The position numbers and the translations under genes were made by a program. From NCBI GenBank assembly GCA_016215705.1, contig JACRIR010000004.1, positions 1 through 52,740 on the forward strand: DNA of 52,740 nucleotides, written 5' to 3'. This document shows, piece by piece, positions 8,692 to 18,482 of the stretch. Under the pieces are notes generated by a model that saw only the letters and a list, made by a program, of their open reading frames with translations, made no database searches and was not told where the DNA came from. Each line of letters opens with the position of its first letter. Positions within the stretch are counted from its first letter, which is position 1. The stretch is from Candidatus Poribacteria bacterium. GTDB taxonomy: Bacteria; Abyssobacteria; SURF-5.

Positions 8692-9693
8692 ATGGCTGAA
8701 GCAAAGATTCTGGTGGTTGATGACGAACAGATCATCGTGGAACTTCACAGAAAGCTTCTTGAGAAACAAGGCTATCGCGTGATCATGGCTTCCAATGGCC
8801 GCGAAGCCCTCGAGAGAGTCCTGACTGAGAAGCCTGACCTTGTGCTCACCGACGTCTTCATGCCCGAGATGGACGGGCTTCAACTTTGCGACCAGTTGAA
8901 GAAGGGTGAGCGCACAAACCTCATACCCATCATAATGGCCACTTCAGCCGACGACTTCGACCACAAGATACGCGGCATCGAAACCGGCGCGGATGATTTT
9001 CTCGCAAAGCCTGTCCGCCCAAAGGAGCTTTATGCCCGGGTCAAATCGCTCCTTCGCATCAAGAGTCTCACTGACAGCCTCGACAGCGCCGAGACGGTGA
9101 TATTTTCACTTGCAAACGCGATTGAGGCGAAGGATCAGTTCACCAAAGGGCACACTGATCGCGTATCGTCACTGGCGGTGAGTCTCGGGGAACATATTGG
9201 TCTCAACTCAGATGATATCGGGACGCTCTCGAAAGGCGGCATCCTTCATGATATCGGCAAAATAGGCATCAAAGATACCATTCTCAACAAGCCTGGAAAA
9301 CTGACCGCCGAGGAGTTCGAGGAGATCAAGAAACATCCTGAGACCGGCGAGAGAATATGCCTGCCCCTGCATTCACTCCAACCTGTTCTTCCGATAATAA
9401 AGCACCACCATGAGAAGTATGACGGGAGCGGATATCCCTGCGGTTTTGCAGGAGAACATATTCCGTTGCTGGCGAGAATCATGGCTATCGCCGACGTTTA
9501 CGATGCTCTTACTTCACGCCGCGCCTACCGTGACGCCATGCGTCACACGGAGGCAATGGAAATCCTCAGAAGTGAAACCTCTGACAACAAGTTCGATCCC
9601 CTCCTGTTCGAGAAATTTGAAGAGCTGATAGAATCGCGCGAGGACCTCCGGAAGCTTTTTGATTGCGAACAAATGGCAGCAAAAGGCGCATGA
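8692..9693 (+). CDS. Response regulator with HD-GYP phosphodiesterase output domain (RpfG-like)
   Basis: The receiver has the LVVDDE...D(LVLTD) pattern. The HD-GYP motifs are HTDRV, HDIGK and HHEKYDGSGYP. SD GGAGA is present. Confidence 0.85.
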   Translation: MAEAKILVVDDEQIIVELHRKLLEKQGYRVIMASNGREALERVLTEKPDLVLTDVFMPEMDGLQLCDQLKKGERTNLIPIIMATSADDFDHKIRGIETGADDFLAKPVRPKELYARVKSLLRIKSLTDSLDSAETVIFSLANAIEAKDQFTKGHTDRVSSLAVSLGEHIGLNSDDIGTLSKGGILHDIGKIGIKDTILNKPGKLTAEEFEEIKKHPETGERICLPLHSLQPVLPIIKHHHEKYDGSGYPCGFAGEHIPLLARIMAIADVYDALTSRRAYRDAMRHTEAMEILRSETSDNKFDPLLFEKFEELIESREDLRKLFDCEQMAAKGA

Positions 9694-9938
9694 GAATTAC
9701 CCGTCGCGTCGCCTAAAGACCGCATTCCGGGTTCCGCTTCCGGGGGCGAAGAATTCCTGTTTGGACGGGCTTTTCGCGCAGTCTTCCTTGGGCAGACGAA
9801 ACGTCTCTTTTCGGAACTGCCTTTTCCGCATTCAATCTGCTATAATAAGAATCTCTCTCAGTAAGTGGAGCGCATGTTCCGCAGTGGTGCGTGTTGACTG
9901 CGCGACTCTACAGACGGCTTAAGCGAAAGGAAGAAGAA

Positions 9939-11582
9939 ATGGCCAAGGTAACAGGTGGCGCGCTTGTCGCGCAAGTGATGAAGAACGACGGCATAAAACA
10001 TCTCTTCGGCCTGGTTGGCGGGCATATATATCCCATTTTCGAGAGTTGTGTCGAGATGGGCATCCGGGTTATCGACGTCCGGCACGAGGAGTCGGCTGCG
10101 CATATGGCCGAGGGGTGGGCGCTTGCGACGGGAAAGCCAGGAGTTTGTACAGGGACTGCCGGGCCCGGTTTCACGAACATGCTGACCGGCATCGCCAATT
10201 CATTTATGGGCGGAACGCCGCTCCTGGCGCTGGGCGGGCGCGCATCGGTGGAGGAGTTTGACACCGGTGCACTGCAGGACTTCAATCAGATCGACGTGGT
10301 CAAGCCGATGACCAAGTTTGCGCGCGCGGTCTATCAGACGGAGCGGATTCCGGATTACATGGGCATGGCGTTGCGACACGCAACGAGCGGGCGACCGGGT
10401 CCGACATATCTCGAAATACCGAAAGACCTTGCATTCAAGGAAGTTGATGTAAGCGCCGTCCAGGTTTCTGAATGCCACCGCATGCAGTCGGCGCCGGCCG
10501 GAAATCCTAAAGATGTAGAGAAGGCGCTTGAACTCATCGCGAAGGCGAAGAAACCCGTAGTTGTCGCAGGAGGCGGCATCTGGTGGTCACAGGCGCAAAA
10601 AGAACTGAAGGAGTTTGTTGAAAAAGCTGACATCCCGATCTATACGCGGAGTTCCGCGCGAGGGTCGGTCCCTGACGATCACCCGTTGTGCATGGGCCCC
10701 GGTTTTACGCTGGACCCCGGCTTCCAAGGAGTATTGGCGGAGGCCGACTTGCTCATTATGTTGAGCACCCGTTTTGCGTTTACCTTCAGAGCACGATTCC
10801 TTCCGCCTTCTTTGAAAGTTATTCGGGTGGATATTGAGCCGTCCGAAATCTGCGCAGGGCGCGCGCCGGATGTCGGCATTGCGGGCGACGTTCGAATGGT
10901 TCTGCAACAACTCGTCGGCGGCATCAAGAAGATGTCGCATAAGGAATGGGTCGCTCAGCTTCGCGATGGTCGCGAGCGGATGCGCGAAGCGTTCGAGCCG
11001 ATGCTTGCATCCGAACAAATCCCGATCAATCCACTCAGACTATGTCGCGAAATTACCAAATTCCTGGATCGAGAGACCATAGTTTGCACTGACGGCGGCG
11101 ACATGTGCGTGTGGGGGAATCTGGCGTTGCCGGCATTGGGCCCGGGACTGTTCCTCTCGCAGGCGTCATCCATTTTTGGATGTCTCGGCGTCGGTATTCC
11201 CTACGGAATAGCCGCGAAGCTGGCGCACCCGGAGAAGAGGGTCATAGTCTTTACCGGCGACGGCAGTTTTGGCCTCACACTAATGGAATTCGACACCGCC
11301 CTGAGACATAATATCCCGTTTGTAACCATAATAGGAAACGACAAGTGTTGGGGAATGATTCACCGCTCACTGAAAGGTCAGCGACCAATGACTGTCGGTT
11401 GCGAGTTGGTTCACAGGCGGTACGACAAGATTGTCGAGGCTATGGGCGGCCACGGCGAATACGTCGAAAAGCCGGAGGACATTGCCCCGGCAATCCAGAG
11501 AGCGCTCGATTCAGGCTTGCCCGCCTGCGTGAATGTCATGACTGATCCGGAGATTGGGCCAGGACTGGGGGGAGCTCTTTAG
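9939..11582 (+). CDS. Thiamine-pyrophosphate-dependent enzyme, acetolactate-synthase-large-subunit-like family
   Basis: N-terminal TPP-pyrimidine domain (GGHIYPIF...RHEESAAHMAEGWA) and C-terminal TPP-binding GDGSF...N motif. The start is taken at MAKVTGG with SD AAGGAAG; the ORF track start is 9891. Confidence 0.8.
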   Translation: MAKVTGGALVAQVMKNDGIKHLFGLVGGHIYPIFESCVEMGIRVIDVRHEESAAHMAEGWALATGKPGVCTGTAGPGFTNMLTGIANSFMGGTPLLALGGRASVEEFDTGALQDFNQIDVVKPMTKFARAVYQTERIPDYMGMALRHATSGRPGPTYLEIPKDLAFKEVDVSAVQVSECHRMQSAPAGNPKDVEKALELIAKAKKPVVVAGGGIWWSQAQKELKEFVEKADIPIYTRSSARGSVPDDHPLCMGPGFTLDPGFQGVLAEADLLIMLSTRFAFTFRARFLPPSLKVIRVDIEPSEICAGRAPDVGIAGDVRMVLQQLVGGIKKMSHKEWVAQLRDGRERMREAFEPMLASEQIPINPLRLCREITKFLDRETIVCTDGGDMCVWGNLALPALGPGLFLSQASSIFGCLGVGIPYGIAAKLAHPEKRVIVFTGDGSFGLTLMEFDTALRHNIPFVTIIGNDKCWGMIHRSLKGQRPMTVGCELVHRRYDKIVEAMGGHGEYVEKPEDIAPAIQRALDSGLPACVNVMTDPEIGPGLGGAL

Positions 11583-11643
11583 ACAGAATCCGTGAATCGT
11601 CCTTATAGGCGATGCCGCAAGAGGAAGCAAGGAAGCTGGTTTA

Positions 11644-12795
11644 TTGAGCGGAGAAACAGAGAGCGAGAAGGCCAAAGCATACAACCGCGCCAAGCGCGTT
11701 CTATTCCTGATTGAGCTTGGCGTCGGTTTCTTATACCTCGTGGTGTTGCTGTTTTCCGGCGTGTCTGTCGTCATAACACAGAAGCTGGAAACAGCAACGT
11801 ACAACGTGTGGTTTGTCATTCTTCTGTATCTGCTTATCATTGGCGTCGCTTACGACCTCGTCGCGTTTCCCATCGACCTGTATGGAGGTTTTGTCCTCGA
11901 GCACAAATTCGGACAATCCACTCAGTCGCTCCGCGCATGGGCGTGGGACCGGTTGAAGTCAGCGGGGATCGGTTTTGCGATAGGAGCGTCACTTGCCGAA
12001 GGCCTGTACTGGTTTCTCCGAAGGTATCCGACCAACTGGTGGCTGATAGCCGCTGCGATGTTCATCGCCGTGGCCGTCATCATGGCTAATCTGGCGCCGG
12101 TTGTGCTTATGCCGCTCTTCTATAAATTCACACCGCTTCGGAACGAGGAATTGAAGAAACGTCTACTCGCGCTTTTTGAGAAGGCGAACACGAAAGTGAG
12201 AGGCGTCTATGAGATGGACATGAGTCGAAAGACTCACGCTGCCAACGCGGCTCTGGTCGGGTTGGGCAACACGCGCCGGATTGTCCTTGCAGATACGGTT
12301 CTGGAGCGCTACGAACCGGATGAAATCGAGGCTATCCTTGCCCATGAGCTGGGTCATCATGAGAATTGGGATATCTGGAAAGGCATTCTCTTCCAGTCGG
12401 TATTGTCGACTGTTTCGTTCTACCTTGCCCACGTGATTTTGGGAACATATTCGTTCTCCTTTGGAATGCGGGGGCCTTCCGACATAGCTGCTTTCCCTCT
12501 CCTCATGGTTACAATTGCAGCGGTATCACTTTTCTTCTTGCCTGCGGTCAATGGCTTCACGAGACGATTGGAACGCCGCGCCGATGCTTTTGCGCTCACT
12601 CTGACTCGTAATCCGGAAGCGTTTGTCTCCATGATATCGAAACTCGGCCGGCAGAACCTTGCAGAGTTTGAGCCCAACCCGATTCTCGAATTCCTGCTGT
12701 TCTCGCACCCATCAATCGGCAAGCGGATGCAACGGGCGCGGGAGTTGTTTCCGGAAGATTTCAGGGGAACAGAAAAAGTTGAAAAAGAAGGCTGA
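11644..12795 (+). CDS. M48-family zinc metalloprotease (HtpX/Ste24-like), membrane
   Basis: HExxH motif (LAHELGHH), multiple TM helices, and a TTG start with SD AAGGAAG 8 nt upstream. Confidence 0.8.
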   Translation: MSGETESEKAKAYNRAKRVLFLIELGVGFLYLVVLLFSGVSVVITQKLETATYNVWFVILLYLLIIGVAYDLVAFPIDLYGGFVLEHKFGQSTQSLRAWAWDRLKSAGIGFAIGASLAEGLYWFLRRYPTNWWLIAAAMFIAVAVIMANLAPVVLMPLFYKFTPLRNEELKKRLLALFEKANTKVRGVYEMDMSRKTHAANAALVGLGNTRRIVLADTVLERYEPDEIEAILAHELGHHENWDIWKGILFQSVLSTVSFYLAHVILGTYSFSFGMRGPSDIAAFPLLMVTIAAVSLFFLPAVNGFTRRLERRADAFALTLTRNPEAFVSMISKLGRQNLAEFEPNPILEFLLFSHPSIGKRMQRARELFPEDFRGTEKVEKEG

Positions 12796-12855
12796 TTTCG
12801 GATAGAGTGTGAATCAGTGGTGAGACGGAATGAATACATGATTGGAGAACAGCGG

Positions 12856-13413
12856 ATGCGGATATCACGTTATCGTGTGATTATTCTTGTGTTTCTTTTG
12901 TTCACCGGTTGCTCGAATCTGACTGGTTGGCGGATTCCGGGAACGGAGAAAGGCGTCGGCGCGACAACAAAGGTATATTTGGTGCTGGAGAACGTGGAGA
13001 CAATGCCTGAGGATATAAGGACGCATGGTGAGATATATGTCGATGACGCCTTTTTTGGAAACACAAAAAGGCCGACCTACTACAAGTTCGTCGGCAACGC
13101 GCTCGTAGTGGGGGAGGTGCAAATCGAGAAGGACAGGATTCACACGATAAAGGTTGTCTTCCCGGGCTATGAGTCATTCTCGCAGACACGCCATTTTGGA
13201 ACCCTGGCGGAGTATTCTGTCCCGTTCCGCCTGAAAAGGCTGCCCGGAGAACTTCCCGTAATTCCCGAGCCACAGCCGCCGGAGAAAAGGTGGTACGAAT
13301 TCTGGAAGCCATCCGAGTCCGGGCAACCGCCGCAACAACCTGTCGCTCCCGTACAGTCTGAGCCACAACCGGAGCAGCCCGCGGAGAAGAAGTGGTATGA
13401 GTTCTGGAAATAA
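12856..13413 (+). CDS. Lipoprotein with duplicated C-terminal WYEFWK motif
   Basis: The lipobox is LFTGC. The internal start at 12856 has SD GGAGA. The repeats are PPEKRWYEFWK and PAEKKWYEFWK. Confidence 0.5.
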   Translation: MRISRYRVIILVFLLFTGCSNLTGWRIPGTEKGVGATTKVYLVLENVETMPEDIRTHGEIYVDDAFFGNTKRPTYYKFVGNALVVGEVQIEKDRIHTIKVVFPGYESFSQTRHFGTLAEYSVPFRLKRLPGELPVIPEPQPPEKRWYEFWKPSESGQPPQQPVAPVQSEPQPEQPAEKKWYEFWK

Positions 13414-13567
13414 TTCGGCGGTGGTTGACCTGATCCATGCGGCGACTTTTTTCTTTCCGCAAGAGCGCAGCACGCGGCGCTCCTACAGGCCTCATTGAAC
13501 GCTTTCGCCGCCGAAAGCCATCCCGATCTGGCAGGAGGCTACTGATGATTGCAAAGGTGACCACATA

Positions 13568-14377
13568 ATGGGCCTTTATTACGGTGGCTCCGAATATCGT
13601 TTCTCTGTCCGCATATCATATGCAGTCAAGCTTCTGATAATCGCGAACATCGCGACTTTCTTCATTCAGCAAATCTGCTCGCTGGCTTTTCGGACCGATT
13701 ATCTGGCGCTTTTTCTGGGCCTCAACTCCTTCAGGGTTCTTCAGGGGATGATATGGCAGCTCGTCACGTACATGTTCCTGCACTACGATCTCTTTCATCT
13801 CCTCTTCAATATGCTCGCCCTGTGGATGTTCGGCTCCGATGTAGAGGAAGAGTTGAGCACCCGCCAATTCCTGCGCTTCTATTTCTTTACCGGAATTGGG
13901 GCGGGGCTGTTGAGTTTCTTAACCAGCATCGGAGTGAATACCGTCACGATTGGCGCATCGGGCGCGATCTTCGGGATTTTGGTCGCATTCGGCATGTTGT
14001 TTCCCAACCGTATTGTGCTCGTATTCTTTTTCTTCCCGATGCGAGCAAAAAATTTTGTCATCCTCTTTGGCGCAATCGAATTATGGATGACCCTGAGTGC
14101 CGGACCCCGCATGGGCGGAGTCGCGAGATTCGCCCACCTCGGCGGAATGTTGTTCGGGTATCTCTATCTCAAGTTCGGTGACAGAATTCGCTGGTCGATC
14201 CCGCGCATAAGGTTCTCCCGGCATTCCGGAGTGCGGGAGACTGAAGCGGAATGGATGCGTTTCATGAGGGAAGAAGTGGACCCGATCCTTGACAAGATCG
14301 GTCGCGAAGGAATACATTCGCTCTCGCGCAAAGAACGTGGAATTCTGAAGAAAGCGCGCGGACGGCGGAAGACATGA
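13568..14377 (+). CDS. Rhomboid-family intramembrane serine protease
   Basis: GxSG motif (GASGAIFG) and catalytic His (FAHLGGMLFG), with six or more TM segments. Confidence 0.8.
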   Translation: MGLYYGGSEYRFSVRISYAVKLLIIANIATFFIQQICSLAFRTDYLALFLGLNSFRVLQGMIWQLVTYMFLHYDLFHLLFNMLALWMFGSDVEEELSTRQFLRFYFFTGIGAGLLSFLTSIGVNTVTIGASGAIFGILVAFGMLFPNRIVLVFFFFPMRAKNFVILFGAIELWMTLSAGPRMGGVARFAHLGGMLFGYLYLKFGDRIRWSIPRIRFSRHSGVRETEAEWMRFMREEVDPILDKIGREGIHSLSRKERGILKKARGRRKT

Positions 14378-14380
14378 ATC

Positions 14381-14923
14381 ATGGGGGAAATCTGCGCTCC
14401 CGGTCCGGTAAAGTTGTTTGTAGGAATGCTTGCCCGGAGTGTGGACATGTTTGAAATCGCACAGAATGAGATGTCGGCCCGATTCGGCCCGACAGATTCC
14501 TCAAGTGACGTGATGCCGTTTGATTTCACTGATTACTACGAGCGGGAGATGGGGCCGGGCCTGCTGCGAAAATTTGCGGTATTCGACAAGATGATAAATC
14601 CGGCGGACCTGGTTATGGCAAAACTGTTCACAAACGAGGTCGAGCGAAGGATATCGAGGCAGAGGGGAAGCGAACGACGCCTTATCAATCTCGACCCGGG
14701 CTACATCGCTCCATCGAAACTGGTATTGGCCTCGACGAAGGACTACTCTCACCGTATCTATCTGGGTGAAGGCATCTTTGCCGAAGTGACGTTGTACTAT
14801 GCCAACAAGCGCTTCAACCCGTGGCCATGGACTTATCCGGATTATAAGACCGACGCATACTGCCAGTTCTTCGATAATGTCCGAAAAAGGTATCTGGAAA
14901 AACTCAGAGCGGTCGAAGCGTAG
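14381..14923 (+). CDS. Conserved hypothetical protein (DUF4416-like)
   Basis: 180 aa. It follows the pattern PVKLFVGML...FDFTDYYEREMG from memory of that family, which is unverified. Confidence 0.4.
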   Translation: MGEICAPGPVKLFVGMLARSVDMFEIAQNEMSARFGPTDSSSDVMPFDFTDYYEREMGPGLLRKFAVFDKMINPADLVMAKLFTNEVERRISRQRGSERRLINLDPGYIAPSKLVLASTKDYSHRIYLGEGIFAEVTLYYANKRFNPWPWTYPDYKTDAYCQFFDNVRKRYLEKLRAVEA

Positions 14924-15044
14924 TAGTCGAAGAGATCCTGCTGAGCCGGATACGTGGTTCCGGCGGGCTTCCGCTAGATTTGAAACCTGGAATTTGTGAC
15001 CTTGGGTTCTGGACTTGAAACCATTTCTTGGGAGGGAAGAAGCC

Positions 15045-15773
15045 ATGGGAACAAAGAGATTCTTGATAGTTCTCAGTGTGGCCATGTCTTTCATATCATG
15101 GTTTTCGCATGGGGCCGTCGGAGATATCATTAAGTTCACGCGCGGCGCCCGGAAACAATGTGTCGTAATAGAGCAGACTGAGAAGTCTGTGCGCTTCTTG
15201 ACCTCGATGGGAGAAATCGAGATGCCTCTTGCCAAGATCGAGTCCATAGAGCGCGAGTCGGATGAAGTAAATGCGGCGCTTAAAAAGGAATGGGCCGGCA
15301 GGAAGACCAAGGCGCCCAAAGAGCCCGAAGTAAAGCCGGAGCCGGTTGACGAAAAACCGAAGATACTTCGCACATATAACATTGACATTACCAAGAGGAG
15401 GATTTCATTAGGAGGAAAGGGCGGAGTCGGAGAAGCGCAGCCGATGGTTTCATTCGTTGTTCAGGACTACGGAATGGTCGAGGGGAGCAGGCTTTTCAAC
15501 ATCAGTGTCACTTCTTACAAGAGCACGTCCGCAGACCTGTCGCCCGCCAATTTCCATGCTTTATTGACCAACGGCGCCCGCGTTGACCCGAAGCCTCTTG
15601 AAGGATATGACGCCCTTGACAAACGGGTTGGTCTCAATCAAACCGTGACAGGGTATCTGGCATTCTCGACGGACGCAGACATCAAGACCATTGTCTTGAG
15701 ATCGGACCTGACGGATTTCGACTTGAACCTTGAAACAGGGGAATTTATCACTCCGCGCACGGGGTTGTTTTGA
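15045..15773 (+). CDS. Secreted hypothetical protein
   Basis: Signal peptide (MGTKRFLIVLSVAMSFISWFSHGAVG) and SD GGGAGGGAAG. The ORF track start is 15015. Confidence 0.45.
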   Translation: MGTKRFLIVLSVAMSFISWFSHGAVGDIIKFTRGARKQCVVIEQTEKSVRFLTSMGEIEMPLAKIESIERESDEVNAALKKEWAGRKTKAPKEPEVKPEPVDEKPKILRTYNIDITKRRISLGGKGGVGEAQPMVSFVVQDYGMVEGSRLFNISVTSYKSTSADLSPANFHALLTNGARVDPKPLEGYDALDKRVGLNQTVTGYLAFSTDADIKTIVLRSDLTDFDLNLETGEFITPRTGLF

Positions 15774-15818
15774 AGCCGTCAGCATCGGGAGATAGTAAAT
15801 ACTTGATGGTGAAGTCGT

Positions 15819-16301
15819 ATGCGAAAGAAGGGCAATGAAACGGGTTGCTCTTGCGCGTCATTCTCCAGGAATAGCCTAATGCGCGGCAACTCGAAGCGAG
15901 TGCGTTCGTTTGGCGTTGCGCTTCTGTCGGGCGCTCTCTTACTGGCGGAGGCTATCTGCTTTCTCGCGTTTATCTCCGGGGAGGCCTGTGCCGAAAACCG
16001 TCTTTACTACTTGCGCGTTACACTCCGGAACGGTGAGCGATACGAGACTATCTCGGCGCTAAATCCCGCGAACTATTGTTCGGTCAACGGGGGCTCAGTC
16101 ATTTTTTTTCGCGATTATTCCCTCATTTACAGTGCGGAGATGAAAGTGAAAGTATTGCGGACGTGGGTCGATCGCAGCGACAATCTGAGCGCGAATTGGC
16201 GGAAAGTCCTCGCGGCCTACAACATGCTTTCAAATAACAACCATAAGCCATTGCCGCGTGTGCCGCCATTGACGACGGCTGAAATGCGACGGCCGGAGTG
16301 A
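15819..16301 (+). CDS. Hypothetical membrane / secreted protein
   Basis: 160-aa ORF with a hydrophobic N-terminal segment. No recognisable domain. Confidence 0.3.
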   Translation: MRKKGNETGCSCASFSRNSLMRGNSKRVRSFGVALLSGALLLAEAICFLAFISGEACAENRLYYLRVTLRNGERYETISALNPANYCSVNGGSVIFFRDYSLIYSAEMKVKVLRTWVDRSDNLSANWRKVLAAYNMLSNNNHKPLPRVPPLTTAEMRRPE

Positions 16302-16322
16302 CTGTCTGCGCGAGAGGATTGA

Positions 16323-17237
16323 ATGACGGCGGGAGCGGGGAAGAGGGATAAAGGCGAAAAGGGGACTCAAGGAATTGCTGGTCATGAATCGCGGATCACG
16401 AGCTCGCTGACGGCTGCTTCAGTGATTGGGGAGAAAGGGAGAAGAGTGCAGATGCCGAAAGGTCAATCGAAACCGGGGAAGAAAGCTTTGATGAAGGTCA
16501 CTGACGTCGGCCATTCTACGATGCTAATCGAATTAGCGGGCTTGAAGATTCTTACCGATCCTTGGTTTACCGACCCGATTTTGGGCATCGTCACGCATTC
16601 GCGCGAAATCGGAATGAGCATCGATGAGCTTCCCGAAATCGACCTGATTCTCATTTCCCACAGCCACTTCGACCACTGTGATATGAAAGCCCTCGCGAGA
16701 CTGAACAGGTCCGCAGTTGTGATCGTTCCGGAGAGCAAGACGGCGACGCGCATCAGAAGGCTGGGTTACTCGGATGTCTCTGTTCTCAGCCCCTGGGAGG
16801 CGAGGAAAGTCTCGACGCTGCGAGTGACGGCGCTGCCTGCCGACCACCTTGCGCCTGAATGCACGTATGTGATATCGGGAGACGAGCGGGCGCTATTCTT
16901 CGGCGGTGATACGCGATATATGAGAGACCTTCGCGAGATAGGGGAGAAGTTCGACATCACGGTGGCGCTGCTTCCAATGAACGGTCTCAGTTTCCCCTTT
17001 GTGGGCAAGTTGGTGATGGACCCTGCGGACGCGGCAGAGGCCGCGATTCAACTGAAAACTCGAACGGTCATTCCTATCCACTACAACATATCGCTCACAA
17101 TTCCTTTGCTGAGGCAGCTTTTCGAGAGGGGCGCTCCAGGCTCACCCAAGCAGCTTGCCGCTGAACTCAAGAAACGCAATAGGCATGTGAGAATGGTCGC
17201 ATTGAGTCCGGGCGAGAGTTGGGTCTGCGAGCAATAG
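16323..17237 (+). CDS. Metallo-beta-lactamase-fold hydrolase
   Basis: HxHxDH motif (ILISHSHFDHCD). The true start is possibly the internal MPKGQ or MKVTD. Confidence 0.7.
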   Translation: MTAGAGKRDKGEKGTQGIAGHESRITSSLTAASVIGEKGRRVQMPKGQSKPGKKALMKVTDVGHSTMLIELAGLKILTDPWFTDPILGIVTHSREIGMSIDELPEIDLILISHSHFDHCDMKALARLNRSAVVIVPESKTATRIRRLGYSDVSVLSPWEARKVSTLRVTALPADHLAPECTYVISGDERALFFGGDTRYMRDLREIGEKFDITVALLPMNGLSFPFVGKLVMDPADAAEAAIQLKTRTVIPIHYNISLTIPLLRQLFERGAPGSPKQLAAELKKRNRHVRMVALSPGESWVCEQ

Positions 17238-17247
17238 GAAGACAGGG

Positions 17248-18267
17248 TCACGCGCCAGTGCTTGAGCCCAGCAGAATGACGAATTCCCTGAAAAGCTCCT
17301 CATCCAGTTCTTTTGCCATTTCGTCGCGCATGATCTGGAGCGCCGGGAAGGAGTGTTCGGCCAGCTTGTAAGGGCGTTTTGTGGTGAGCGCATCGAATAT
17401 GTCTACGACAGCCGCCAACCGGGCGTACGGATGCACCGCGTCGCCCCTCAACCCTCGGGGGTAGCCAGAGCCGTCAATCTTCTCGTGGTGCCCAGCCACT
17501 ATCAGAAGGGAGTCTTCGTTGACATGCGGTGAGGTCCGAAGCAGCCTCACTCCGTTTTCCGGATGCTCCCTGACCACTTCCCACTCTCCCTTATTCAGAG
17601 GGCCTCGCTTGTTAAGAATCCGCTGGTCTATGAGGCTCTTGCCGATGTCGTGAACGATGAGGCCCGTGCCTATCGTGTTGATCTCCTCTCGGCTGTAACA
17701 TCCGAGCCTGTGCGCAAGCGCAATTCCGAAAACGGCGACGTTCACGGAATGTGTGTAGGTGTAGTAGTCGAACGACGTCGTAGCCATCAGGCCGAAGAAC
17801 GCTTGTGACTCATTCAGCAGATAGTTGACGAGGTTGGTGATGACATCCTTCGACCGTTTCACGTGTTCGCCCGACCGGGGGTTCTGTAGAAGGTCTTCCA
17901 CGAGTCCGGTTGCGCAGGTGTACGCTATTTTCGATTTCTCCTCCGTCGGCACGGATTCGTCCGCTATGATGGCATCAAGATTCTTCTCGAGGTATACCTG
18001 ATATTCCTTCTTTTCGGACACGTCGATATACAGAATTTCCGCGCCATGCTCATAGAGCGTCGTGCGGTTGCGCTCACTGAACGGTATGTTTCGCTTCCGA
18101 TACAATACATAGCGCTCGTTCCGATTACGTTGGGACCGCTTCATGTATATATCGAAATTAGTTATCGTGTTTACGCGAAGACTTTGAAGTAAGATGGGGC
18201 AGTAAGCTTTTCTTACGGTGGGATTCTCTTTGGTGGCCATGAACCGCGTCAAATCCGGGGTCCGCAA
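17248..18267 (-). CDS. HD-GYP domain phosphodiesterase
   Basis: HD...HDIGK...HHEKIDGSGYP motifs. Confidence 0.8.
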   Translation of the reverse strand: MRTPDLTRFMATKENPTVRKAYCPILLQSLRVNTITNFDIYMKRSQRNRNERYVLYRKRNIPFSERNRTTLYEHGAEILYIDVSEKKEYQVYLEKNLDAIIADESVPTEEKSKIAYTCATGLVEDLLQNPRSGEHVKRSKDVITNLVNYLLNESQAFFGLMATTSFDYYTYTHSVNVAVFGIALAHRLGCYSREEINTIGTGLIVHDIGKSLIDQRILNKRGPLNKGEWEVVREHPENGVRLLRTSPHVNEDSLLIVAGHHEKIDGSGYPRGLRGDAVHPYARLAAVVDIFDALTTKRPYKLAEHSFPALQIMRDEMAKELDEELFREFVILLGSSTGA

Positions 18268-18442
18268 GGAACCCGCTCAATATTTATTCTCAAGCTCAAT
18301 GTATCCGGAAAACGTAGGAATAGACCAGCGCTTATCCACGCCAATCCGCTGCCGAGTGGCGCATTCTTCGATCCCTGTCTTGCCGATGAGAAACTCGCCA
18401 ACCGAATAAATTCAAGGATATTCTAGTAAAAACAACCCGCGC

Positions 18443-18460
18443 TGTCAATCGCGGCAGCAC
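18443..18460 (-). terminator. Candidate intrinsic terminator of the Zn-ADH gene
   Basis: On the minus strand: CCGCG-attgacag-CGCGG followed by GTTGTTTTT, 23 nt after the ADH stop. Confidence 0.35.
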
Positions 18461-18482
18461 GCCGCATGTATGGCATAAGCCT

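Noticed and set aside
12902-13564. 220-aa Arg/Ser/Pro-rich minus-strand ORF
   Set aside because: It is antisense to the lipoprotein gene, low-complexity, and has no SD. It is spurious.
14501-15394. 297-aa minus-strand ORF
   Set aside because: It overlaps two + strand genes that have signal peptides or SD sequences, and shows no conserved motif.
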